From positions 240,366 through 304,365 of the IMG/VR virus record IMGVR_UViG_3300031857_000005: a stretch of 64,000 bases of DNA. One strand, 5' to 3'. The position numbers and the translations under genes are program-made. Positions 11,044 through 21,884 of the stretch are shown here, piece by piece; the first letter of the stretch is position 1, and each line of letters opens with the position of its first letter. The notes beneath the pieces were generated by a model. It saw only the letters and a list, made by a program, of their open reading frames with translations. It had not been told where the DNA came from and searched no databases.

Positions 11044-12216
11044 ATGGTTGAGCAAAAGTATTATTTTAAAATATCACCCGAAAATATAAAAGGGGATTTA
11101 ATTACGGTAAATTATACTGGTGGTACTGATTATATTTATGATGTTGATCCTTGTTGCCCAATAACTGCAATAACTGAGAATACATTAACAGGATCAACAG
11201 GTGTTTATACGGGAATGACATATGTTCTGTCAGGAGCGTCTGGAGGAACATCAATTTTAACAGGATTAACTATACCGATTCTCTTAACTCAAACAGGAGT
11301 GGATTACGGTTATTATTCTGTTTTTGATGGTGCGATATTACAAAAAGAAGTTATCACCAACTTTATGTTCTCTGCAACGACAGGTAGTCCATACACCTAT
11401 TACTTTTATAATACTTCAGATTTAGAGTTAAAAAAGTTTTTAGAATTAACAACATTTAAGGTAGATTGGGGTGATGGGTCAACAGTTCAGACAATAACAG
11501 GAACGGCACCATTATCACATAGTTACCCAATAGGTAATGGTCAGTACACAATAACGATGACTGCGACATCACCTTGGGGAATATCCCAAGTATCAAAAAC
11601 AATAACTGTACCGTTTGTTTTTGTACCTAATTTAGATCCGTTTGGTGTCGCAACATTTACACCTGCGGGTGGTAATTGGTCGGCAACTTCATTTAATTAT
11701 GATTATATATTTAGTGGTGATTCTAATACAAATATAGATGATTTCTATAGTTATAATTACACCACAGTACCATTCACAATCACAGGATATACCCAATCAT
11801 CTATAAATGACTTAGCTCAGTATGGACCTAAATATTTATTAGCTGAAGGGAAGTTTAAACCTGGCATTCAAGTGACAGGAACATCAAATAGTGTTGGTAC
11901 ATATTGGGGTCCTGACCCAAGTGGAACTTATGTTTCATATACGATAGATGGTGTTGATTATTATGACTATCCTGATGGTACAACATTATATGTAATACAG
12001 TCTTCAGGTTTCACTCAAGATGATTTGGTATTGTCGGCATTAACAAAAAATGAGGCATTAATTAATGTCATTGATCAACCCGAAATACAGTCCAATATAT
12101 TCATAGAAAGAGGTAAAATGTCTGCATTAGAATATATTGAAAGACTTGGTGAAGTTGATAATGTTGGTGACTTAACCAAATATGGATATGGGTTTTTTAA
12201 TGTGGAAAAACAATGA
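11044..12216 (+). CDS. Structural protein with a PKD-like Ig domain
   Basis: VDWGDGS...SHSY...GQYTITMTA PKD signature. Confidence 0.65.
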   Translation: MVEQKYYFKISPENIKGDLITVNYTGGTDYIYDVDPCCPITAITENTLTGSTGVYTGMTYVLSGASGGTSILTGLTIPILLTQTGVDYGYYSVFDGAILQKEVITNFMFSATTGSPYTYYFYNTSDLELKKFLELTTFKVDWGDGSTVQTITGTAPLSHSYPIGNGQYTITMTATSPWGISQVSKTITVPFVFVPNLDPFGVATFTPAGGNWSATSFNYDYIFSGDSNTNIDDFYSYNYTTVPFTITGYTQSSINDLAQYGPKYLLAEGKFKPGIQVTGTSNSVGTYWGPDPSGTYVSYTIDGVDYYDYPDGTTLYVIQSSGFTQDDLVLSALTKNEALINVIDQPEIQSNIFIERGKMSALEYIERLGEVDNVGDLTKYGYGFFNVEKQ

Positions 12217-12223
12217 TTTTAAG

Positions 12224-12231
12224 TATTTATA
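12224..12231 (+). promoter_or_regulatory. Putative late promoter (TATTTATA)
   Basis: Recurrent motif in a short intergenic gap. Confidence 0.55.
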
Positions 12232-12265
12232 TTTAAAACGATAAACAATATAAAAGATATTAATA

Positions 12266-13174
12266 GTGGCAACAGGTAGTTACGGAACAATTAGACCGGC
12301 AGATGTTAGTCCTGATGATGTAGACATCATTTTGAATTACACTCCAAGTAGAGACGATACTGATAATTTCGTTTTAACAAAATTGGATGCAAAAACAATA
12401 TTACGACCTTATTTTAATAATAACAATACTGGTGGTAATGCGGATGTTGAGATTTTAGGTGGATTATACAACTTAAAACTTCCTGCGGATGTATTCAATA
12501 AATTAGGGATATATACATTATATATTAGACCGGCAGAGATAAGAACTAGAATTACAGATTGTGGTATTTTATCGGCATTACCAAATGTTAAAGGGATTGT
12601 TATTGATGTTAATAATGTCCCAACACAATTTAGGAATAATTTTATTAATCAAGGTTTAATTGGATTTAGAGTTGAATATTTAAATTCTGATGGAACAAAG
12701 ATACCGAACTTTTTTAGGATGATAACCTCATCTTTTTATTGTGAGCCAGTAATACAAAATCTTACAAATACATCACAAAAATCAATTAGATATAGATATA
12801 CTGAAGGAACAACTAATTTAATTTTTTGTACGCTTTCACCATCATCATCACCAACTAATAAACCAAACGCAACACCATTCATTGGACAACCAAATCAAGA
12901 TATTGTTATTAGTAATACATATTTTAATCCGGTAACCACTGAAATTGAGATTGTTGAGCACGATATATCAACATTGGCACTTGCTCTTTATGGGAATCAA
13001 ACTAAGTCAATTGATGATGGTATTTACACTATTTACGACAGTGAAAATAATATATACAAACAATACAACTTATACGAAATTAGAGATCAGTTTAATGAAC
13101 TTCTTTATGAAGTTAGACAAGACAGAGGTAATAATATTGATTTTACTAAAAACTTTACAAATATAACAGGATAA
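12266..13174 (+). CDS. Putative structural protein (GTG start)
   Basis: 302-aa ORF in the structural cluster, coupled to the next gene. Confidence 0.6.
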   Translation: MATGSYGTIRPADVSPDDVDIILNYTPSRDDTDNFVLTKLDAKTILRPYFNNNNTGGNADVEILGGLYNLKLPADVFNKLGIYTLYIRPAEIRTRITDCGILSALPNVKGIVIDVNNVPTQFRNNFINQGLIGFRVEYLNSDGTKIPNFFRMITSSFYCEPVIQNLTNTSQKSIRYRYTEGTTNLIFCTLSPSSSPTNKPNATPFIGQPNQDIVISNTYFNPVTTEIEIVEHDISTLALALYGNQTKSIDDGIYTIYDSENNIYKQYNLYEIRDQFNELLYEVRQDRGNNIDFTKNFTNITG

Positions 13175-16100
13175 TGGCAATTATTAAGTATACTTGCCCA
13201 CCACAGGCTAGCGGAGAAGGAAGTTTTTCTGACAATCTTGTCGGATTTCAATTAGTTGACGGTGGAGGTTTTACTCAAGCAAATTTTGAGTTCACTACCA
13301 ATGTGACCGAAAAAGTTAATAGAAATTTCTCAATTGGATCATTTTCCGATCCAATTTCTTTGGAATCAATGAATATTACCGATATTGAACAATCAAAATT
13401 ATTGGTAAATAAAAATTTTCAAGTATACCCAAATTATGATTTAAGTGAAATTACTAATTTTACAATTTATGGTTCTTTGGCTAAAAGATTTTCAGTATCC
13501 ATAACTAAAATTATTAATTACTTTCCTGCGGCGTTAGAGATATTTTCATCAACAACAAGATTTGTAACAGGACAAACAGTTACAACCTCATCGTATGATG
13601 TTATTGAAAATGAGACATATTTTGAAATTCCATTATATCTTATTCGTAATCCGTTTGACATTGATTTTAGTATTAATGCAACAAGAAACTTACAATTAAG
13701 AGAGATTACAGTATCTCCATTGAGAAATTTAACGGTGGAATACTCAAAATATACGGTTATTATTGATGGGGTAAATTACCCAATTAATACAGTAGTACCA
13801 ACAACAGACACAGATACAACATTAAAATTGTATATTGAAGGAAACCCGTTTAATGGACAATCCGAGATTTTTAAAACAATAATAATAAGACCAACAGACT
13901 TCTATGTTAACAAAGTCTTCAATGAGGAGTTTGATCAAGTTGAAAACTTTTTATTAAATAGAGAAATTTCACCAAAATATAGTGCTTATTTTAATAAACC
14001 AATTGAAAATGATGATGGTACTTATACTATCACTCAAGAAGTTGTAATTTTCCCATTAAGTGGTATTTGGAATTTAAGTATTAGTGGTAATGATTTTAAT
14101 AGTTATCTATTAAAATTAAGTAGTGTTGCGGAAAATTTAGATGAATATAGAACAAATTTAATTTCTAGATTTTTAACTACAGGTGCGATAAAAGAATTTG
14201 ATACATCGGATCAAAAAGTAGAAAAAATATTACAAATATATGGTAGAAGTTTTGATGAAACAAAAAAATTCATAGGTGCTTTAGCGTATATGAATTCAGT
14301 TCATTATACCGTTAAAAATGATATCCCATCACAACTTTTAAAAAATTTAGCACAAACTTTAGGGTGGAAAGATAATATTTCACCAATCACTAACGAACAA
14401 TTATTAGATTCTGTATTCTCAAGTGGGGAAAATACATTTACAGGACTTTCTAAAGGACAAACTCCTGAAGAAATTAATTATCAATATTATAGAAATTTAA
14501 TATTAAATTCCGCATATCTATTTAAGTCAAAAGGAACAAGAAAATCAATTGAAATGTTGTTGAGATTGATTGGTGCTCCTGATGCCATTACCGAATTTAA
14601 TGAATATGTGTATGTTGCTGATCAGAGAATAAATTTAACTCAATTTGGGGAACAATATACTCAAATATCGGGAGGTACATATGTACAGGATATACCTGTA
14701 TTGGATACTACCGACATATATTCAATTATGGGTGTTCAGTATACGGGATTCACAACAAATACTGTAACTCAAGATATTACAGTAACCAAAGTTGATTACC
14801 CTATAGATAGTTTTGGTTATCCAAGTATGCCTGTAGACAGTGATAATTTCTTCTTCCAAATTGGGGGAGGATGGATAGAATCTACACCACAACATAGAAT
14901 GCCGGCACAAGTTGATTTGACGACTAGTGTATTTACAGGTGCAAACCCAAATTATCAAACAACTTTACAACCATTCAATTACGGGGAAGAATATTTACAG
15001 AGATTTAAACAATTTCCATATATGGATTTAGGTTTTAAATTACGAAAAACTGCGGATAATAAAAAAAGTTGGGTGGTAAATAATGAAATTATTAGGAGAA
15101 GTACTGATGGTGGATTTACAGCTTATTACCCTACTGATGATGATAGATTAGTGTTGAATGTTAAAAATATTGACATTTTTATGAATCCAGCTCAGGGACT
15201 TGTTTACGATGTTTGGAATATGTCACGACAATATAATTACCCAATACCTGAAGAAGGATTGAATTATATTGCACCAACATACTGTAACCCAAATCCTAAC
15301 ACACCATACCCACAAAGAGGGGGAATAGATTGGACTGAAATTATACCAAAACCAAAACAAAAAACATTTTTTGAATTTGCTCAAAGTTTTTGGCATAACA
15401 CAATTAATGTTAGAAATAGACAATTTATTACTGATGGAAAGACGGGAGGTTATCCGACACTTCAGTCAATTTATTGGAAATATCTTGAATCACTAGAATT
15501 GGCGGGAATTAAAAACGACAATTTTACTTATCAGACAATGATAGATTATGTAAATGGTATTGGGGATTATTGGATTAGATTAATTGAACAAATGGTTCCG
15601 GCAACAACAATATGGAATGCCGGTACAAAGTACGAAAATTCAATATTCCACAGGCAAAAATATGTGTGGAGAAGACAGATGGGTTGTCAATTAGTACTTG
15701 TACCTTGTAACCCATGTACATTAGTGGGGCAATTATTTACCTACGATTGTCCAATCCAAACGGTAAGTTGTTCAGTGTATCCTTGGGATACAAATCCTTA
15801 TATTAATTCATTTGGTAATGTTCTTGGTGATATGTTAAATGGTTATCTATCATCAAACGGTTTAACATTTGGTGATTGTGATATGAATACGTTACAAACT
15901 ACTTGGTATGTGAATGTTAAATTTAATGGAAATGATATTATTAACTACCCATTCTTCAATGGGGTTGGATATAATAACCCATTATCTGTACCAAGCGGAC
16001 AAACTTGGGTTGATGCAATACAAACAAGTTTTGTTGATTTACAAACATATGGGTTAAGTTATTATTTAAATGATGATGAAACAAGTTTTACTGTATTTAA

Positions 16101-16179
16101 TAGTACTTGTATCCCATTAAGCGTAGTTCAAAGTTTTGAACTTAATGTTGGAATAAATTTTAATTTACTATGTAACTAA
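13174..16179 (+). CDS. Baseplate wedge / tail protein, P2 gpI / T4 gp7-like
   Basis: IPSQLLKNLAQTLGW and LFKSKGTRKSIEMLLRLIG match the tail protein I-type motif; Cys-containing C-terminus. Confidence 0.7.
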   Translation: MAIIKYTCPPQASGEGSFSDNLVGFQLVDGGGFTQANFEFTTNVTEKVNRNFSIGSFSDPISLESMNITDIEQSKLLVNKNFQVYPNYDLSEITNFTIYGSLAKRFSVSITKIINYFPAALEIFSSTTRFVTGQTVTTSSYDVIENETYFEIPLYLIRNPFDIDFSINATRNLQLREITVSPLRNLTVEYSKYTVIIDGVNYPINTVVPTTDTDTTLKLYIEGNPFNGQSEIFKTIIIRPTDFYVNKVFNEEFDQVENFLLNREISPKYSAYFNKPIENDDGTYTITQEVVIFPLSGIWNLSISGNDFNSYLLKLSSVAENLDEYRTNLISRFLTTGAIKEFDTSDQKVEKILQIYGRSFDETKKFIGALAYMNSVHYTVKNDIPSQLLKNLAQTLGWKDNISPITNEQLLDSVFSSGENTFTGLSKGQTPEEINYQYYRNLILNSAYLFKSKGTRKSIEMLLRLIGAPDAITEFNEYVYVADQRINLTQFGEQYTQISGGTYVQDIPVLDTTDIYSIMGVQYTGFTTNTVTQDITVTKVDYPIDSFGYPSMPVDSDNFFFQIGGGWIESTPQHRMPAQVDLTTSVFTGANPNYQTTLQPFNYGEEYLQRFKQFPYMDLGFKLRKTADNKKSWVVNNEIIRRSTDGGFTAYYPTDDDRLVLNVKNIDIFMNPAQGLVYDVWNMSRQYNYPIPEEGLNYIAPTYCNPNPNTPYPQRGGIDWTEIIPKPKQKTFFEFAQSFWHNTINVRNRQFITDGKTGGYPTLQSIYWKYLESLELAGIKNDNFTYQTMIDYVNGIGDYWIRLIEQMVPATTIWNAGTKYENSIFHRQKYVWRRQMGCQLVLVPCNPCTLVGQLFTYDCPIQTVSCSVYPWDTNPYINSFGNVLGDMLNGYLSSNGLTFGDCDMNTLQTTWYVNVKFNGNDIINYPFFNGVGYNNPLSVPSGQTWVDAIQTSFVDLQTYGLSYYLNDDETSFTVFNSTCIPLSVVQSFELNVGINFNLLCN

Positions 16180-18440
16180 TGAGTTGTGGTTTACCATATG
16201 TGTATAATTATTTTGTAAGCGGAGATTGCTCTAATATAGGTGCTGGAGTAGTATCATTTGATATTACAGGAAGTACCGCTCCTCCATATTCTGTAATGGA
16301 ATTAACCACATCAGGTTTGTTACCGACTTCTGCGTCTACTACTTCATATTATTTTAGTGGTTTAACTGGTGGTTCATATAGTTTGGAAATTACGGATTCT
16401 TGTTTAAGTCCAGGACCTTCATCCGCAATAATAAATTTTAATATATCTACAGGTAGTTGTTTATCAATATCGTCAACAACAAATACAACTTGTGGTAATA
16501 ATAACGGATCTTTAACCTCAACATTCTCAGTTGATTATGGGGGTGGAGAAGTTTTTCTATATGAAACAACAAATGGGTATCAATCAAGTGGTGCAACAAC
16601 CCTTGGTAGTTATACTTTTAATTCATTATCAGGTGGTACATATTATGTTATCGGAAATGATGGAGGTGGATGTACTGGGAAAAGTGAAAGTTGTATTGTA
16701 AAATCCTCAACAACGGTTGATTTTGGTGTTTATGTTATAAATGATGGTAGTTGTGTTGCACTTGATGGAAGTGGGAAGATAATTGTTACAGGACAGACGG
16801 GAACATCACCATATACATATAGTTGGAGTAGTAATGCGAATGGACAAACAGGTTCTACAGTTACAGGATTAACGAGCGGTGTTTATAGTGTGACTATGAC
16901 GGATTCGTTAGGATGTTCAAAAACACTAACAAATATTACGGTGAACCAAGTGTTACCTGTTGGTATTGTTAATTTTACTATTGTGTCACCAAGTTGTTTC
17001 TCAAATGACGGGGAGGTTACAGTCCAACTTACAGGAGGGACATCACCTTTCTATTATTCAGGATCAAATGGTAGTGTCGCAATTTCATTCTCAGATAGTT
17101 ATACATTTACGGGGTTATCTTCAGGTGATTTTACTGTTAATGTTACCGATGCTGGATTATGTACTAGCTCACAAACAACAACATTATTAACACCTAACGG
17201 ATTCTCAATTCTTAATCTTAGTACGGTTAATTCAAATTGTAATAATAGTGACGGACAAATTTTTATTGAATTAAATGGTGGTTCTAATGTTGGTACATAT
17301 GTTTACACTTTAATAAATTCTTTAGGTAATACTGTATCTACATCAACTGAAGGTAATAATTATCATTCGCCACCATTATCATCGGATACATATACTATTT
17401 TGATTAGTGGAGGTTCTTGTGTATTTACCGCAACAACAATAATAAATAATACTAATTTATATACAATTACCGCAAATACCACAGGTACAACTTGTGGTTT
17501 TAATAATGGGACAATACAGATTTTAGCGTCAAGTGGGGGTACACTACCATATACCTATCAAATCACCGGATTTCCACCTGGACCCGTATCAACATTTAGT
17601 AATTTATCTCCAGGATTTTATGATGTAACTGTAACGGATTCAGGAGGTTGTCAACAAATTGAAACGGTATATATTACAGGATCGTCTCCAGTGTATTTTG
17701 ATTTTTTTGCTACACAACCTATAAGTGGGAATGATGGAGAACTTGATGTATTAATAACAAGTGGGGAGCCACCGTTTATTTTAAATTGGAGTTCTAATGT
17801 TAATGGACAAACAGGAACTACCGTGACTGGTTTAACTGCGGGAACATATTCATTAGAGGTAATTGATGATAATGGATGTGCATTAATTAAAACGATTGAA
17901 TTATTTGGAACAGTACTATATAGTAGTTATCAAACATATAGAGTATGTTCTAATAATTTCCAAAATAGTGGTACTCTTGGTAGAAGAGGTATACAACAAA
18001 TGTTAAATGAAGGTTTCTTTGATTTAACATCGGGAGATACTAATTGTATATTAAATTCTGCTATTTTTACGCTTGATGTGACAGTAAATGGTGTTAATTC
18101 TCAAACCGTATTTTATACATCAACAGGACTTGATGATTACCCAACAGATGAGGAATGGGTTAATGAAATTAAAACTTCTTTATATGGTTTTTCGGGAATT
18201 ACTTCGGTTGAAACCAATATTGAAACTAATAAAATAATAATTAAGAGTGGTTGTTTAACTGGAGGCACAACTTGTCAACCTACGGTAACAACACAATTGG
18301 ATGACACAAGAGTAATAATTAATTTGTTAATAGATTATGACATATCTTGTGTGGAATGTGGAGTATATCAAAAAGTTTTCCAAGACGACTTTGAGTTTGT
18401 ATTCCAAGATGATAATAGTTATATATTCCAAGGACAGTAA
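16179..18440 (+). CDS. SprB-repeat, Cys-rich virion adhesin/fibre protein
   Basis: Repeated TCGxNxG...GGTxPYxY...GLxxGxYxVTVTDxxGC units (SprB repeat); C-terminal FQDD..F.FQD...Y.FQ motif. Confidence 0.75.
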   Translation: MSCGLPYVYNYFVSGDCSNIGAGVVSFDITGSTAPPYSVMELTTSGLLPTSASTTSYYFSGLTGGSYSLEITDSCLSPGPSSAIINFNISTGSCLSISSTTNTTCGNNNGSLTSTFSVDYGGGEVFLYETTNGYQSSGATTLGSYTFNSLSGGTYYVIGNDGGGCTGKSESCIVKSSTTVDFGVYVINDGSCVALDGSGKIIVTGQTGTSPYTYSWSSNANGQTGSTVTGLTSGVYSVTMTDSLGCSKTLTNITVNQVLPVGIVNFTIVSPSCFSNDGEVTVQLTGGTSPFYYSGSNGSVAISFSDSYTFTGLSSGDFTVNVTDAGLCTSSQTTTLLTPNGFSILNLSTVNSNCNNSDGQIFIELNGGSNVGTYVYTLINSLGNTVSTSTEGNNYHSPPLSSDTYTILISGGSCVFTATTIINNTNLYTITANTTGTTCGFNNGTIQILASSGGTLPYTYQITGFPPGPVSTFSNLSPGFYDVTVTDSGGCQQIETVYITGSSPVYFDFFATQPISGNDGELDVLITSGEPPFILNWSSNVNGQTGTTVTGLTAGTYSLEVIDDNGCALIKTIELFGTVLYSSYQTYRVCSNNFQNSGTLGRRGIQQMLNEGFFDLTSGDTNCILNSAIFTLDVTVNGVNSQTVFYTSTGLDDYPTDEEWVNEIKTSLYGFSGITSVETNIETNKIIIKSGCLTGGTTCQPTVTTQLDDTRVIINLLIDYDISCVECGVYQKVFQDDFEFVFQDDNSYIFQGQ

Positions 18441-18742
18441 TGACACAATTGGTGATAAGTAATGTTACAGGATTAACAATACCATATCAAATATATGTTT
18501 GTGATGTTTATGGTAATAATTGTACAATAGTTGCAACTGTAAATACTGTAATTCCACCAATGGTTACAATTACATTACCATCACAATTTAATATGTCACC
18601 AGCAATAGGAGTATTAGTAAAAGATTTATATTGTGAAAGATTTATTGTTTTAAATTGCGTTAATTTACCACCTGTAGGAAAACAATTCCAAGACGGAGAT
18701 TACTTCTTCTTTATGGATTATAGCATTTATCAGTTCCAATAA
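18440..18742 (+). CDS. Small structural/adaptor protein, paralogue of 30550-30771
   Basis: Shares P(Y/F)x(I/V)YVCDxxxxxC with 30550-30771 and a C-terminal FQD motif with 16179-18440. Confidence 0.65.
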   Translation: MTQLVISNVTGLTIPYQIYVCDVYGNNCTIVATVNTVIPPMVTITLPSQFNMSPAIGVLVKDLYCERFIVLNCVNLPPVGKQFQDGDYFFFMDYSIYQFQ

Positions 18743-18754
18743 TGAATTAAAGTG

Positions 18755-18762
18755 TATTTATA
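18755..18762 (+). promoter_or_regulatory. Putative late promoter (TATTTATA)
   Basis: Recurrent motif, 14 nt upstream of ATG 18777. Confidence 0.6.
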
Positions 18763-18776
18763 TATAAAAAAGAATA

Positions 18777-21700
18777 ATGGCATTTTTAACGGATCAAATA
18801 CCAGCAACCGGGGTTAATTTAACTGATTTATTTCACATAGTGGATCCTAATGATTTATCACAAGGTAATCCTGCTGGATCATCATATAAAGCGTGTTTTC
18901 AGCAAGTACTTGGAGCATTAACGGGTGGAACATCTGTTATGATAGTTGGTTCTGGAATTGGTTCGGTTGAAAGATGTGGTAATAATAATGATGCAAGTGG
19001 GAACTACTCCACTGTAAGTGGTGGTAGAGTAAATACATCAAGTTGTAATTGGTCAACTGTAAGTGGGGGGTATTGTAACACATCAAGTGGGTGTTATTCG
19101 ACAGTAGGTGGCGGACAACAAAATGGTTCAACATCTAATAATTCAACTGTAAGTGGCGGGTATTGTAATACAATCTTAACAGGAGCAACAAACTCAACTA
19201 TAGGTGGAGGGAACTCCAATACAATACTAATAGGATCAACTTTAACAACGATTGGTGGTGGTGGTTTGAATACATCAAGCGGTTCTAGATCAACCGTAAG
19301 TGGTGGTGTTGGTAACACATCAAGTGGTGGTGGATCAACAGTTGGTGGTGGTCAAAGTAACGAATCAAATGGGGCTAACTCAACCGTAAGTGGAGGTTAT
19401 TATAATACATCAAGTGGTGACTGGTCAACAATTGGCGGTGGTAGTGGGAATACATCAAGTAATTATTTTTCAACAATTGGCGGTGGTAGAAGTAACACAT
19501 CAAGTGGGTGTTACTCAACCGTTGGTGGTGGTAAATGTAACACATCATCAGGTACTTATTACTCAACTATAAGTGGAGGATATCGTAATACATCAATTGG
19601 TAGTGAATCAACCATAGGTGGGGGGCGTTTTAATACCTCAAGCGGTTACTATTCAACTATAAGTGGAGGACGTTGTAACTCATCAATTGGTGCGGATTCA
19701 ACCATAAGTGGTGGTCTTAGTAACAAAACAAATAGTGACACATCAACCATAGGTGGTGGGTGTAATAATACAATATTAACTGGTTCAACAAGTTCATCAA
19801 TTGGTGGTGGTGAATGTAATACAATCTTAACAGGATCAACAAGTTCATCAATTGGTGGTGGTGAATGTAATACAATCTTAACAGGATCAACACATTCAAC
19901 AATTGGAGGGGGTGTGAGTAATACTTCAAGCGATTATTATTCAACCGTAGGTGGTGGTGCAAACAACACTTCAAGTGGAGGTAGATCAACCATAAGTGGG
20001 GGAGCAAGTAGTACATCAAGTGGATATTATTCAACCGTAGGTGGTGGTAGATGTAATAGATCGTTAGGGGATTCTACAACCGTAGGTGGTGGTCAATTTA
20101 ATAGGGCGTGTGGTCAAATATCAACAATAAGTGGGGGGCGAGCAAATATTTCGTGTGGAACATATAGTTCAGTCGGTGGTGGAAACGCTAATACGTCAAG
20201 TAGTTATGCATCAACTGTTGGAGGTGGATTCAGTAACACATCTTATGGTGTGTGTTCAACAGTAAGTGGTGGTCGTCAAAATACATCGGTTGGTGATACC
20301 TCAACGGTAAGTGGGGGTATAGGTAATACATCATTAGGAGCGTGCTCAGTAATTGGTGGGGGTGTTTGTAATACAAATATGTCTACGGGTGGTTTTATAG
20401 GATCAGGTTGTGGAAATACTTCGTGTGATGTTTATAGTTTAGTAGTTGGAGGTTATTTTAATAAAGTTAACGGTAAAGCTTCAACAGTTAGTGGAGGTTA
20501 TTGTAATACAATATTAGCTGGAGCAACAAGTTCAACCATTGGTGGTGGACAACAAAATACAATATTAGCATCAGCAGCAAACTCAACCATTGGTGGAGGT
20601 AGTGGTAACACAATAAGTAGTTTTTCATCAGTCGTAGTAGGTGGATGTTTAAACACGTCAAGTGGGGGATACTCATTTATCGGTGGTGGTAGAAGAAATG
20701 TGTCAATCGGTTTTATATCAACCGTAAGTGGAGGTTATTGTAACACATCAATCGGAGATTGCTCAACCGTAGGTGGTGGTAGAGGTAACACATCAAGTGG
20801 GTGTTATTCAACCGTTGGTGGGGGAACGCAAAATAAAAGTAATGGTGTAGTATCAACAATAAGTGGGGGTAGAACTAATACCGCATCAAATTATTTTACA
20901 TTTATTGGTGGAGGTAGAGGTAACACATCAAGTGGGTGTTATTCGACAATAGGTGGTGGATGTTTGAATCGATCTTTAGGTGTTGGATCAACAATAGGTG
21001 GTGGATTGCAAAATATAACAAGTGGTAATTGTTCGTCAATATTAGGAGGAATTAGTAATACATCAAATTGTAATGGATCAACCGTAGGTGGTGGTTGTCG
21101 TAATACTGCATCAAATTATTTTTCGTTTGTTGGTGGAGGACTACAAAATACAAATAATGGTGTTTGGGGTACCTTATCTGGAGGTATATGTAATAGACTT
21201 ATAGGTAACGGAGCATCAATTGGTGGTGGTTCTAACAATACTGCTTGTGGAGATTATTCGGTAATAAGTGGTGGAATATCGGGAACTACAACGGCAAGTA
21301 ATAATTTCATTGGTGGAGGAAGTAATAACACAACAACAGGAAACTACTCCTCAATTTTAGGTGGAGTATTTAACACCTCAATAGGAAATTATTCTTCAAT
21401 TTTAGGAGGTTCAGGAAATACCGTAACACATAATTGTTCATCGGCTTTTGGTGTTGGTATTACATCGGTTTCAGCGTGTACATTCCATACAAATTATTTA
21501 ACATTACAAAATACACCAGATACTGATCCGTCAAATACAAATTTCTTGGTGAGAGATACATCAACAGGTGTCGTTAAATCAAGAGATATTTCATTACCGT
21601 TGAATTATGCGACCTCCGCAATAACATCATCACAAACATTAACTTGGGATAAAAGTTATTGGGGGGTTAGTGGTTCATCAAATGTTGATTTAACATTACC

Positions 21701-21884
21701 GACAACAACATCGAAAGATGGTTATTATTTATTGATAAAAGATGAAGCAGGAACTTCTGGTTCATACAGAATAAGATTAACGCCAGCATCAGGATTGATT
21801 GATGGTAATTCATATGTTGATATGAATATAAACTATATGTCTCTTACTGTTATGGTGAGAAACGGAAATTGGTATATAATATGA
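18777..21884 (+). CDS. Gly/Ser-rich repeat tail fibre (beta-helix / YadA-head-like 15-aa repeats)
   Basis: About 50 tandem ST(V/I)(S/G)GGxxNTSSGxx repeats; C-terminal TLP...IKD..G...IDG fibre domain. Confidence 0.75.
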   Translation: MAFLTDQIPATGVNLTDLFHIVDPNDLSQGNPAGSSYKACFQQVLGALTGGTSVMIVGSGIGSVERCGNNNDASGNYSTVSGGRVNTSSCNWSTVSGGYCNTSSGCYSTVGGGQQNGSTSNNSTVSGGYCNTILTGATNSTIGGGNSNTILIGSTLTTIGGGGLNTSSGSRSTVSGGVGNTSSGGGSTVGGGQSNESNGANSTVSGGYYNTSSGDWSTIGGGSGNTSSNYFSTIGGGRSNTSSGCYSTVGGGKCNTSSGTYYSTISGGYRNTSIGSESTIGGGRFNTSSGYYSTISGGRCNSSIGADSTISGGLSNKTNSDTSTIGGGCNNTILTGSTSSSIGGGECNTILTGSTSSSIGGGECNTILTGSTHSTIGGGVSNTSSDYYSTVGGGANNTSSGGRSTISGGASSTSSGYYSTVGGGRCNRSLGDSTTVGGGQFNRACGQISTISGGRANISCGTYSSVGGGNANTSSSYASTVGGGFSNTSYGVCSTVSGGRQNTSVGDTSTVSGGIGNTSLGACSVIGGGVCNTNMSTGGFIGSGCGNTSCDVYSLVVGGYFNKVNGKASTVSGGYCNTILAGATSSTIGGGQQNTILASAANSTIGGGSGNTISSFSSVVVGGCLNTSSGGYSFIGGGRRNVSIGFISTVSGGYCNTSIGDCSTVGGGRGNTSSGCYSTVGGGTQNKSNGVVSTISGGRTNTASNYFTFIGGGRGNTSSGCYSTIGGGCLNRSLGVGSTIGGGLQNITSGNCSSILGGISNTSNCNGSTVGGGCRNTASNYFSFVGGGLQNTNNGVWGTLSGGICNRLIGNGASIGGGSNNTACGDYSVISGGISGTTTASNNFIGGGSNNTTTGNYSSILGGVFNTSIGNYSSILGGSGNTVTHNCSSAFGVGITSVSACTFHTNYLTLQNTPDTDPSNTNFLVRDTSTGVVKSRDISLPLNYATSAITSSQTLTWDKSYWGVSGSSNVDLTLPTTTSKDGYYLLIKDEAGTSGSYRIRLTPASGLIDGNSYVDMNINYMSLTVMVRNGNWYII
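18990..21430 (+). repeat. Coding tandem repeat array (about 45-nt period, some 51-nt units), including an exact 51-nt duplication at 19785-19886
   Basis: Recurrent AACACATCAAGTGG and TCAACCGTAGGTGGTGG; TCAACAAGTTCATCAATTGGTGGTGGTGAATGTAATACAATCTTAACAGGA occurs twice in tandem. Confidence 0.9.
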